Positions 1 to 7,326 of a DNA stretch of 20,000 bases are shown in pieces; position 1 is the stretch's first letter, and every line of letters begins with the position of its first letter. The stretch lies in IMG/VR virus record IMGVR_UViG_3300043427_003288. One strand, given 5' to 3'. A model generated the notes under the pieces. The model had not been told where the DNA came from. It worked only from the letters and a program-made list of their open reading frames with translations, and searched no databases. This DNA comes from an uncultured virus (IMG/VR IMGVR_UViG_3300043427_003288). Lineage: Duplodnaviria; Heunggongvirae; Uroviricota; Caudoviricetes. Both the position numbers and the translations under genes were made by a program.

Positions 1-180
1 AGGCTTTCATGGCAAATGAAGCTTATGCACTTTAGAGAAAAGGGGTTAAAGACTAACCAAGCATTCCTTTTGAAACATTTTGGTATTGACCATGATCCTT
101 CAAAGCTTCACAATGCCCTGTACGATATCACAATGAATTATAAGATTTTCCGCAAGCTTATTATGGGGGTAGAAGTATGA
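1..180 (+). CDS. 3' end of a DEDDh 3'-5' exonuclease (DnaQ/Pol III epsilon-like); 5'-partial
   Basis: Frame 1 (not in the ORF track) reads RLSWQMKLMHFREKGLKTNQAFLLKHFGIDHDPSKLHNALYDITMNYKIFRKLIMGVEV*. HNALYD matches the ExoIII HxAxxD motif. The TGA at 178-180 overlaps the dnaE ATG (ATGA). Confidence 0.8.
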   Translation, partial: RLSWQMKLMHFREKGLKTNQAFLLKHFGIDHDPSKLHNALYDITMNYKIFRKLIMGVEV

Positions 181-2744
181 AGATTTTCCAAGAGTCATTT
201 GAGAAGTATAAGAATCCAGTACCTCCTGGCGTTCGTCTTCCAGAAATCAAGATTGATCAGAGATATTATGCGTCTCTTGGTATCGATCCAACAGTTTCAA
301 ATTTTGAATTTCTACGGCAGCTTTGCCTCAAGGCTGTCAAAACAAAAGGTATAGATAAACTACAAAATAAGAAAGATTATTATGAAAGAGCCAAATATGA
401 ACTGGCGATCTTTGAAGAGCTTGGTTTCGTCGATTATGTTCTGCTTAATTGGGACATTCTTAATTATGCTCATGAGCACAATATTCCTACTGGTTATGGT
501 CGTGGGTCTGCGGCTGGCTCTTTGGTTCTTTTTTTGATTGGCGTTACCAATGTAGATCCAATCAAGAACGGACTGTTCTTTGAGCGGTTCGTTTCAAAAA
601 GCCGTGCCAAAAAAATTGTCGTCGAGGGAATCACCTACCTCGACGGCTCTTTGATGCCTGACGTTGATAATGATATCGAGTTCTCGAAACGTCAGGAAGT
701 TATTAATTATATTAAAACAAAGTACCAAGGTAAGACTTGCAAAATTCTTACCATGAATACTTTAACTGGCAAACTCTGCATTAAAGAATGCGGCAAGATC
801 GTTGCGGAAATGACAGAGGATGAAGTCAATGCTGTAAGCGACGTTATCCCAAAACAATTCGGCAAGGTCTTCGCGTTGAAAGATGCTTATGATGAAAGCG
901 AGCAGTTCAAAGCTTTCTGCGACAAGAATCCAAAAGTATTTAAAATAGCAAAAAAGATTGAGGCTCTAAATAAAAATACCGGAGTTCACCCATCAGGCAT
1001 CTCTATCTCTTACTATGACAATGAAGAGATTATGCCCCTGCAAAAGACTGGCGACGGAGAAATCGTATCGGCTTATGATATGAATAACGTCTCCGAAATT
1101 ACTGTTAAGTTTGATATTCTTGGACTTAGAACGCTGACAGTAGTTTTCGATACTTGCCAGCGTCTTGGTCTAGACTTTAAGAATCTGGATTTCGACAACT
1201 CTTCTACGTACAAGTTTCTTCAAGACTTGTCTAATCCAAAAGGGCTATTTCAGATTGAAGCCAACACCAACTTTCACGTTTGCAAAAAGGTAAAACCTCG
1301 GAATATGCTTGAGCTTGCCTGCGTACTTTCACTTGCTCGCCCCGGTGCTTTGGACTTCTTAGATCAGTATGCCACATACGTTAGAACAGGAGAGTTCCAA
1401 TCAGTACATCCATTTTTTGATGATATCCTTAGTGTGACTGGCGGAATCCCTATCTTCCAAGAGCAGTTGATGAAGATGATTGTTAAGGTAGGATTTACGC
1501 TAGATGAGGCGGAAACAGTTCGCCGTATCGTTGGCAAAAAGAAAGTGAGCGAAATGCCAGCTTGGCAGCAAAAGATTAGGGAAAAGATTGCAGAGAATAA
1601 TCTTGATCCAGTCATCGCTGACGTTCTTTGGAAAGTGGCGGAAGATAGTGCAAATTACTCCTTCAACGCTTCTCACGCATTTAGCTATGCAACCCTAAGC
1701 GCACTAACTACTTACCTCAAGTTTAATCATCCCAAAGAGTTCTTTTTAGCTCTACTTAGATCATCTAGACACGAACCAAATCCGCACGAAGAGATCGAGT
1801 CAATTTCTCAAGAGCTTAGTTTTTTTGACATTCGTCTTCTTCCTCCCGATTTGTCTAAATCTAAGGCTGATTTTGAAATTCAAGGAAATGATATTCGATT
1901 TGGACTTAATGCCATCAAGGGCGTATCGGACAAAGTTCTTTGCAATCTGCTTGAGTTTAGAGATGTTGAGTTCTCAAATAAAATTGATTGTTTCGATGCC
2001 GCTAAAGAAGCAGGGGTAAATATCGGCGTCCTATCATCCTTGATTCAAGCTGGAACGCTTTCGAGCTTCAGCGAAAGACGGTGCAGGCTCGTCCTTGAGG
2101 CTCAGACATACAATATTCTTACCGATAGAGAAAAGAGAAACGTAAAGCTTTTGGCTCCAAAGTACAACTTCGACGTTCTTAACACGATAGCAGAAACTGT
2201 AAAAAGCAAAACCGCTGGAGATGATGGAAAGATTTTTATGAAAGATTCTCGCTACGAGACTTTCAAAAATAAATATCAGTCGTATAAAAAAATCTACGAC
2301 ATGAATAAGCAGTATGAGAAGTTTGCTAATTGGTTTTTTGAACGTCAGCTTCTTGGGTATAGCTATACCCATAAACTCAAGGAAGTTTTTTCAGAAGATG
2401 ATTCTGAGCGGCTTTCTACAACATACGAAGTCTCTCAGGTAGACATTCGCCAGAATGTCAAAATGGTTGGGGTCGTCAAAGAAGCTCGGAAGAAAGTTAG
2501 CCGTGCCGGTCGCCCATATTTATTTGTTAAAATATCAGATGAATATGGGGAAATGGTTTGCCGACTAACAGACGGAGGAAGAGACGACAAGTTCACAATG
2601 TATTATGAAGGCGGCGGCAAAACCCCCAAAGAGGACGATATTGTTATCGTTTATGGCTCAAAAGCAGAGGATTCTATTTTCCTAAATGGCTTGACAATCC
2701 TGAGCGAAAAGATTTACACAAGGATGTCACAAGTAGAATCTTAA
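177..2744 (+). CDS. dnaE: DNA polymerase III alpha subunit (family C, DnaE-type) lacking the N-terminal PHP domain, 855 aa
   Basis: Motifs GYGRGSAAGSLV, LFFERF, catalytic PDVDND and KFDILGL, GVHPSG, YSFNASHA, IRFGLNAIKGV (HhH) and a C-terminal OB-fold-like segment (VKMVGVVKEARKKVSRAGRPYLFVKISDEYG). Confidence 0.95.
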   Translation: MKIFQESFEKYKNPVPPGVRLPEIKIDQRYYASLGIDPTVSNFEFLRQLCLKAVKTKGIDKLQNKKDYYERAKYELAIFEELGFVDYVLLNWDILNYAHEHNIPTGYGRGSAAGSLVLFLIGVTNVDPIKNGLFFERFVSKSRAKKIVVEGITYLDGSLMPDVDNDIEFSKRQEVINYIKTKYQGKTCKILTMNTLTGKLCIKECGKIVAEMTEDEVNAVSDVIPKQFGKVFALKDAYDESEQFKAFCDKNPKVFKIAKKIEALNKNTGVHPSGISISYYDNEEIMPLQKTGDGEIVSAYDMNNVSEITVKFDILGLRTLTVVFDTCQRLGLDFKNLDFDNSSTYKFLQDLSNPKGLFQIEANTNFHVCKKVKPRNMLELACVLSLARPGALDFLDQYATYVRTGEFQSVHPFFDDILSVTGGIPIFQEQLMKMIVKVGFTLDEAETVRRIVGKKKVSEMPAWQQKIREKIAENNLDPVIADVLWKVAEDSANYSFNASHAFSYATLSALTTYLKFNHPKEFFLALLRSSRHEPNPHEEIESISQELSFFDIRLLPPDLSKSKADFEIQGNDIRFGLNAIKGVSDKVLCNLLEFRDVEFSNKIDCFDAAKEAGVNIGVLSSLIQAGTLSSFSERRCRLVLEAQTYNILTDREKRNVKLLAPKYNFDVLNTIAETVKSKTAGDDGKIFMKDSRYETFKNKYQSYKKIYDMNKQYEKFANWFFERQLLGYSYTHKLKEVFSEDDSERLSTTYEVSQVDIRQNVKMVGVVKEARKKVSRAGRPYLFVKISDEYGEMVCRLTDGGRDDKFTMYYEGGGKTPKEDDIVIVYGSKAEDSIFLNGLTILSEKIYTRMSQVES

Positions 2745-2751
2745 GTGTAAA
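2745..2751 (+). promoter_or_regulatory. GTGTAAA motif directly before the clp start codon (partial copy of a putative phage late-promoter motif)
   Basis: Fills the whole 7-bp dnaE-clp gap and shares its core with the copies at 6392 and 7045. Confidence 0.35.
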
Positions 2752-5163
2752 ATGAATAAAGTGCAAGACATTAACTTTACTCCTAGAGTTAAGAGAGCAT
2801 TGGATGTAGCCAAGCAGAGATGCTTGGAGAACAACTGGCATGAAATTACTGATGAATTTTTATTGCATGCTATTCTCTTTTCGGAGTCAATGATAGTAAA
2901 TCTTGCCTTTCAAAGCGTTAAAATTGAAATCAAAGATGTAGTACTTGCTCTTTCCAAGACTTTGCCCACTGGAAAGAAGAAAGTTAGCGAAAAAAATGTT
3001 AACTTTAGCTCGTCCGCTAAATCAATTATTGATAATTCGTATAAAATTTCTCAAGGCTTTAAGCAAAATTATACTGGAGTAGAGCATTTATTCTTATCGA
3101 TCCTTAGACATTCGCCTAGCGTTGCCAAATTCTTTAAGAAGCATGGTCTTGATATCGCATTTTTTGCTGATAAAGTAGAGAAGGAGTGCAAGCATTTATC
3201 CAATCCAGTAAAAAAGCCCATTGAATCCCAGTCTTCTAAATCTCAAGATTCGCTATCAGAGTTTTGTGAAGACTTTAATGAAAAAGCTTTGGCTGGAGAA
3301 TTTGACCATATCTCTTTTAGAGAAAAAGAAGTAGACCAACTTTCAGAAGTTCTGTGCCGTAAACAGAAAAGAAATCCAATTCTCATTGGTCATCCAGGCG
3401 TTGGCAAGAGCGCCGTTGTTGGACTTATCGCTAAAAAGATTATTAGCTGTCAATGCACAGAGTTTCTTCTCGACAAGAAGATTATCAGCGTTAATCTAAG
3501 CGCGCTTATTGCTGGAACAAAACTGAGAGGAGAATTTGAAGAGCGTTTGACTAAAGTAATGGAGCAAATAAAAAAAATTGGTAATGTTATTGTATTTATC
3601 GACGAGGTTCATAACTTAATAGGTCTTGGTAATGATGCTGGTTCAATGGATGGCGCCAATATCTTAAAGTCTTATCTTACTTGCGAAGATATGTCTTTTA
3701 TTGGAGCTACTACTGAAAAAGAATATGAGGCTTATTTTGCTAAAGATGCTGCGATGAATCGCCGCTTTGAACCCGTATTTATCAAAGAGCCCAATAAAGA
3801 ACAGACTCTCGATATCCTTAAGAACTTAAAGGGCTACTATGAATCATTTCATATGATTCTTTATCCAGATAGCGTTCTTGTAGATATTGTTAATGTATGT
3901 GACAAATATATCACAAGCAAATATTTTCCTGATAAGGCTATTGATCTAATGGATCAGGTTGGTGCGAAAGTTAAAATTAAAGCTTTCGCCCGCCCTCAAG
4001 AGATTAAAAACATGGAAAAGCTAATCTTGGAGTTTGAGAAGATTGCTCCAGACGATATCAAAGAAGAGCATCTCGATGACATCATCGAAGATTATCAAAA
4101 GAAATACGATGCTTGGGCAGAAGTAATAAAGAATAAAAAAGAAAAAGCGAAGACAAAAGACGTTTACCAAGCATTGTCTGACAAGATTGGTAAGGTCATT
4201 GATATGGAGTCTGAGAACTCTGGCATCAAGAACATTTACTCTAATCTTAAAAAGCATGTCTTTGGTCAAGATGATGCAGTAAAAAAGATATCAGACTGCA
4301 TCCTTCGTAGCTCTTTTGGTCTGGCAAAGAACTCGCGCCCACTTGGAAACTTCATGTTTATCGGACCAACAGGTTCTGGTAAAACACATTTAGCTAAGAC
4401 GCTAGCAAAAGAAGCGTTTGGCTCAGACTCTAATCTCTGCATTATCGATATGTCAGAGTTTATGGAAAGCCATGCGGTCTCTAAATTGATTGGCGCGCCT
4501 CCAGGTTATGTCGGCCATAAAGAGCCCAGCATATTCTTTACTCAGCTACAAAAGCACCCATCTACAGTTTTCCTATTCGACGAAATAGAAAAGGCTCATC
4601 CAGATGTAGTAAATATTTTGCTCCAAATCATGGACCGTGGAGAGCTTACTGACTCAGTAGGTAATAAGCTAAACTTTAAAAACTCTATTGTGATCATGAC
4701 TGGTAATGTTGGCTTTCAGATTAACGATAATAAAAGAATGGGTTTTGGAGCAGTATCTAACCCAAAGCCAACAAAGGATAGTATCATGGATAGCTTAAAG
4801 AAATTCTTTAGGCCAGAATTTTTAGCCAGACTAAATGAAGTCGTTATTTTTCAAGAACTTTCAACAGACAGTCTTGTCAAGGTAATCGAAACAGAACTAG
4901 ATTTTATTAAGACATCTTTAGCGAACAACGGAACAACGATTTCTTTCTCTTCAGAAATTATTGATTATGTTATACATAAGACAAAAGACTCTAATTCTGG
5001 GGCTAGAAAAGTAGTATTTTTTATAGAGAACGAACTAAAGACTAAAATAGTTGATGTTTTATCCACTGCTAAGTATAATCAAATTAAGGTCTCTATCAAA
5101 GATGGAGAAATACAAGTAGATGGAAAAACAAAAAAACTTCTTGCAGTACACGGTAAACAATAA
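2752..5163 (+). CDS. clpC: ClpC/ClpA-like Hsp100 AAA+ unfoldase, 803 aa
   Basis: Two Clp_N repeats (FTPRVKRALDVA; NYTGVEHLFLSIL). D1 has Walker A GHPGVGKS, Walker B FIDEVH and FPDKAIDLMD. The middle domain is short. D2 has GPTGSGKT, IDMSEF..KLIGAPPGYVG, LFDEIEKAHPDV, FRPEFL and an MGF ClpP-docking tripeptide. Confidence 0.9.
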   Translation: MNKVQDINFTPRVKRALDVAKQRCLENNWHEITDEFLLHAILFSESMIVNLAFQSVKIEIKDVVLALSKTLPTGKKKVSEKNVNFSSSAKSIIDNSYKISQGFKQNYTGVEHLFLSILRHSPSVAKFFKKHGLDIAFFADKVEKECKHLSNPVKKPIESQSSKSQDSLSEFCEDFNEKALAGEFDHISFREKEVDQLSEVLCRKQKRNPILIGHPGVGKSAVVGLIAKKIISCQCTEFLLDKKIISVNLSALIAGTKLRGEFEERLTKVMEQIKKIGNVIVFIDEVHNLIGLGNDAGSMDGANILKSYLTCEDMSFIGATTEKEYEAYFAKDAAMNRRFEPVFIKEPNKEQTLDILKNLKGYYESFHMILYPDSVLVDIVNVCDKYITSKYFPDKAIDLMDQVGAKVKIKAFARPQEIKNMEKLILEFEKIAPDDIKEEHLDDIIEDYQKKYDAWAEVIKNKKEKAKTKDVYQALSDKIGKVIDMESENSGIKNIYSNLKKHVFGQDDAVKKISDCILRSSFGLAKNSRPLGNFMFIGPTGSGKTHLAKTLAKEAFGSDSNLCIIDMSEFMESHAVSKLIGAPPGYVGHKEPSIFFTQLQKHPSTVFLFDEIEKAHPDVVNILLQIMDRGELTDSVGNKLNFKNSIVIMTGNVGFQINDNKRMGFGAVSNPKPTKDSIMDSLKKFFRPEFLARLNEVVIFQELSTDSLVKVIETELDFIKTSLANNGTTISFSSEIIDYVIHKTKDSNSGARKVVFFIENELKTKIVDVLSTAKYNQIKVSIKDGEIQVDGKTKKLLAVHGKQ

Positions 5164-6109
5164 GAAGCTTCTTCCTATAGAAGAAGAATTTTTATCGTCG
5201 ATATGCGGAAAGCTTGAATCTAAATTCAAATTTAAGATATCGAACATCTTAAAAGAAAACTCAAGCCCTCTTTATGATTGTTTTGCTCTAATTGCAGACA
5301 ATCGACCATTTTTTTTAAAAGTCAACGTGTCTCCAGACACGCCTAATTCTTGGGATGTTTTATCTCAAGAAAAACCTTCTTTTCATCCTTTAATAATAGA
5401 CTCCTCCTCCCCCGAAGAGGAGTTTAAATATATTTTTTTTGAATTGCCAAAAGGCGTGTTTGCAAACGATATTTCAAATTATATTTTAAGCCATAAGCTT
5501 AATTTGACTGACGCCTTTACGAGAGATTATAAAAAAATTCATTCTTGCAGCTTTTCTTCTGAAGACGAAACTGTCGCCATGTACAATTCTCTTCTTCCAA
5601 TAGAAGCGATGAGAATTTATAGAAAATATCCAATAGTCGATGTATTCTCAATTTTAAAAATACTTTTTGCTGAAACTTACAAAAAAAATCCAACGCATTG
5701 CAATTTTTGCCATTTCGATCTTTGCTTAGAAAATATTATATACACTGGTTCTGAATTTAAATTTATTAACTTTGAGTATTCGTGCAATGGCAATAGATAC
5801 TTAGATATTTGGTTAACAAAAACTCTTTTGAATTGTTCTGATGACACATTCAATAGATTCGTTGAAACTTATAATAAACATGAATTAGACTTGATATATA
5901 ATTACGAAGAATTGTCGAATTATTTTATTTTTGCCTATTTCAATTCAAAAATAATTTCTGAATACATGACATTTGGCCTTAGAGATCCTGTGAAATTAAA
6001 ATATTGGATTGGACAATCTTCTATATTTTATTCAAAAATTTCAGACAAACTTTATCTAGAAAAAAATATTGACAAATCAATAAGAGACTTTTACTATCTC
6101 TGGAAATAA
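5120..6109 (+). CDS. Choline/ethanolamine kinase or APH-like phosphotransferase-fold protein with an atypical Mg-binding motif, 329 aa
   Basis: FFLKV (ATP-binding Lys), Brenner motif FCHFDLCLENII, and FINFEYS at the position of the usual IDFEY. Overlaps the clp gene by 44 bp, so the start is uncertain. Confidence 0.7.
   Translation: MEKQKNFLQYTVNNKKLLPIEEEFLSSICGKLESKFKFKISNILKENSSPLYDCFALIADNRPFFLKVNVSPDTPNSWDVLSQEKPSFHPLIIDSSSPEEEFKYIFFELPKGVFANDISNYILSHKLNLTDAFTRDYKKIHSCSFSSEDETVAMYNSLLPIEAMRIYRKYPIVDVFSILKILFAETYKKNPTHCNFCHFDLCLENIIYTGSEFKFINFEYSCNGNRYLDIWLTKTLLNCSDDTFNRFVETYNKHELDLIYNYEELSNYFIFAYFNSKIISEYMTFGLRDPVKLKYWIGQSSIFYSKISDKLYLEKNIDKSIRDFYYLWK
6069..6097 (+). promoter_or_regulatory. 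Sigma70-type promoter embedded in the 3' end of the kinase gene
   Basis: TTGACA (6069-6074), 17-bp spacer, TACTAT (6092-6097), with an A-tract upstream and AAGGA just before the ATG at 6118. Confidence 0.8.
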
Positions 6110-6117
6110 GGAAACTT

Positions 6118-6339
6118 ATGGCAAAAACAAATAACACTGCACTCAACGTGATCCGAAATAGCGCTGGCCGCTATTTTGGTCTTGAAACTAAGAATGAAAC
6201 TATCAATGCCCGCTACATTGGCGAATCAATCGCTACTATTGTTGTAGAGGACCGTAACGCTGGCGAAGTTCGACGAATCGCAAAGTCTAGCATTACTTCT
6301 GTATCGTTCAAGGGTCGCACTTATACTACAAAGCGCTAA
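6118..6339 (+). CDS. Small basic protein, possible SH3/Sm-like beta-barrel (WYL_2-like), 73 aa
   Basis: Clean ORF with its own promoter, RBS and terminator. The pattern GRYFGL..INAR..IVVEDRNAGEVRRIAKSSITSVSFKGRTY recalls small phage Sm-like barrels; the fold is inferred. Confidence 0.65.
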   Translation: MAKTNNTALNVIRNSAGRYFGLETKNETINARYIGESIATIVVEDRNAGEVRRIAKSSITSVSFKGRTYTTKR

Positions 6340-6361
6340 ACTCTTGTAGGATAAAGACTTC

Positions 6362-6391
6362 AACCCACAGGAAACTGTGGGTTTTATTTTT
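6362..6391 (+). terminator. Rho-independent terminator
   Basis: Perfect 9-bp stem AACCCACAG / CTGTGGGTT with a GAAA tetraloop, followed by TTATTTTT, starting 22 nt after the stop of the 73-aa gene. Confidence 0.9.
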
Positions 6392-6403
6392 GTGTAAATA
6401 TAT
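6392..6403 (+). promoter_or_regulatory. GTGTAAATATAT motif, putative phage late promoter
   Basis: Lies immediately after the terminator and upstream of the ATG at 6421. An identical 12-mer occurs at 7045-7056. Confidence 0.6.
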
Positions 6404-6420
6404 AGTACCGCACAAAATTT

Positions 6421-7029
6421 ATGAAGTTTTTATCTTATTTATTTTTTTGGGTGGCTTTCTCATTATCAGTTTTAGCCCAAGATAAAATTGTTTACAAGCA
6501 AACCAACCACACAATTTCAGTTGCAGATGAAGATGCTATGATCACTTTTGCCGATGTAAAATCTAAAGATGTTACTGTATACGTAGCTCCTCCGACTGGG
6601 AGAATCCAATTCAAGACTGGTGATAAAATTTATTTTTCAGCGTTAACGGACAAAACGATAAAAATATCTGCAATAAAAGGAGCGGTTTTAATTAGCCCAG
6701 ATAATTCATTTACTGTATCAGGCTACGGATCTCAATGGCAGTTATTGCATTTAGGCAAAAATATATGGCTGGCTTCTGGTGATTTATACAGCTTGGAAGT
6801 AGATGCCTATCTGAACCAAGATATCACGCTTAGAGCCAGAGTTGATTCGCAAGCCACAGGACCGTTTACATTCGTTTGGAGAAAGAATCAAACTATCATA
6901 CCTAATGCAATAGGACCAACTTTAAAGTTAGAAAGACTGAAACTCTCAGACGCTGGAATATATACCGTTACCGTATCCAATCCTGCTGGGGTTGTATCTA
7001 GTGAAGGTATGCAGCTTATCGTTCGTTGA
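6421..7029 (+). CDS. Signal-peptide protein with a tail-fibre-like beta domain and a C-terminal Ig (I-set-like) domain, 202 aa
   Basis: N-terminus MKFLSYLFFWVAFSLSVLA|Q looks like a Sec/SPI signal. The C-terminus GPFTFVWRKN..LKLERLKLSDAGIYTVTVSNPAG has the Ig Trp and DxGxY motifs. Confidence 0.75.
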   Translation: MKFLSYLFFWVAFSLSVLAQDKIVYKQTNHTISVADEDAMITFADVKSKDVTVYVAPPTGRIQFKTGDKIYFSALTDKTIKISAIKGAVLISPDNSFTVSGYGSQWQLLHLGKNIWLASGDLYSLEVDAYLNQDITLRARVDSQATGPFTFVWRKNQTIIPNAIGPTLKLERLKLSDAGIYTVTVSNPAGVVSSEGMQLIVR

Positions 7030-7044
7030 TTGCAGTCTATTTTA

Positions 7045-7056
7045 GTGTAAATATAT
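7045..7056 (+). promoter_or_regulatory. GTGTAAATATAT motif, putative phage late promoter
   Basis: Second exact copy of the 12-mer, in the 30-bp gap, ending 3 nt before the ATG at 7060. Confidence 0.6.
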
Positions 7057-7059
7057 TAT

Positions 7060-7275
7060 ATGCCATTACCAACACCAAAAAAGAATCAAGAAGAAGATGA
7101 TTTCATTGCCTCCTGCATGGGCTCAGAGACAATGAATAAAGAATATCCAAACCAAAAGCAAAGAGCTGCAATTTGCTATTCTCAATACAAAAGAAAAAAG
7201 AAAAAATCAGAGGGCTCGATGGACGAGAAAACAGAGTGGAAAGAAGAGGACGTTTCTAGAGTAATCATAGAGTAA
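7060..7275 (+). CDS. Small phage protein of unknown function (MPLPTP..FIASCM..EYP..KQRAAICYSQ type), 71 aa
   Basis: Fits between its neighbours behind the GTGTAAATATAT motif. The two-Cys helical pattern is one I recognise from uncharacterised phage proteins. Confidence 0.7.
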   Translation: MPLPTPKKNQEEDDFIASCMGSETMNKEYPNQKQRAAICYSQYKRKKKKSEGSMDEKTEWKEEDVSRVIIE

Positions 7276-7282
7276 TAAATAG

Positions 7283-7310
7283 TTTAAAACATAAAGGGCG
7301 CATTTATCAT
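7283..7310 (+). promoter_or_regulatory. Possible sigma70-type promoter for the 7327-15515 gene run
   Basis: TTTAAA, 16-bp spacer, TATCAT in the 51-bp gap. An ATCATC/GATGAT inverted repeat (7306-7324) overlaps the -10 and +1 region. Confidence 0.35.
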
Positions 7311-7326
7311 CTTAAAACGATGATTT

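Noticed and set aside
2691..2720. TTGACA near the end of dnaE as a clp promoter
   Set aside because: No acceptable -10 hexamer at 16-18 bp spacing.
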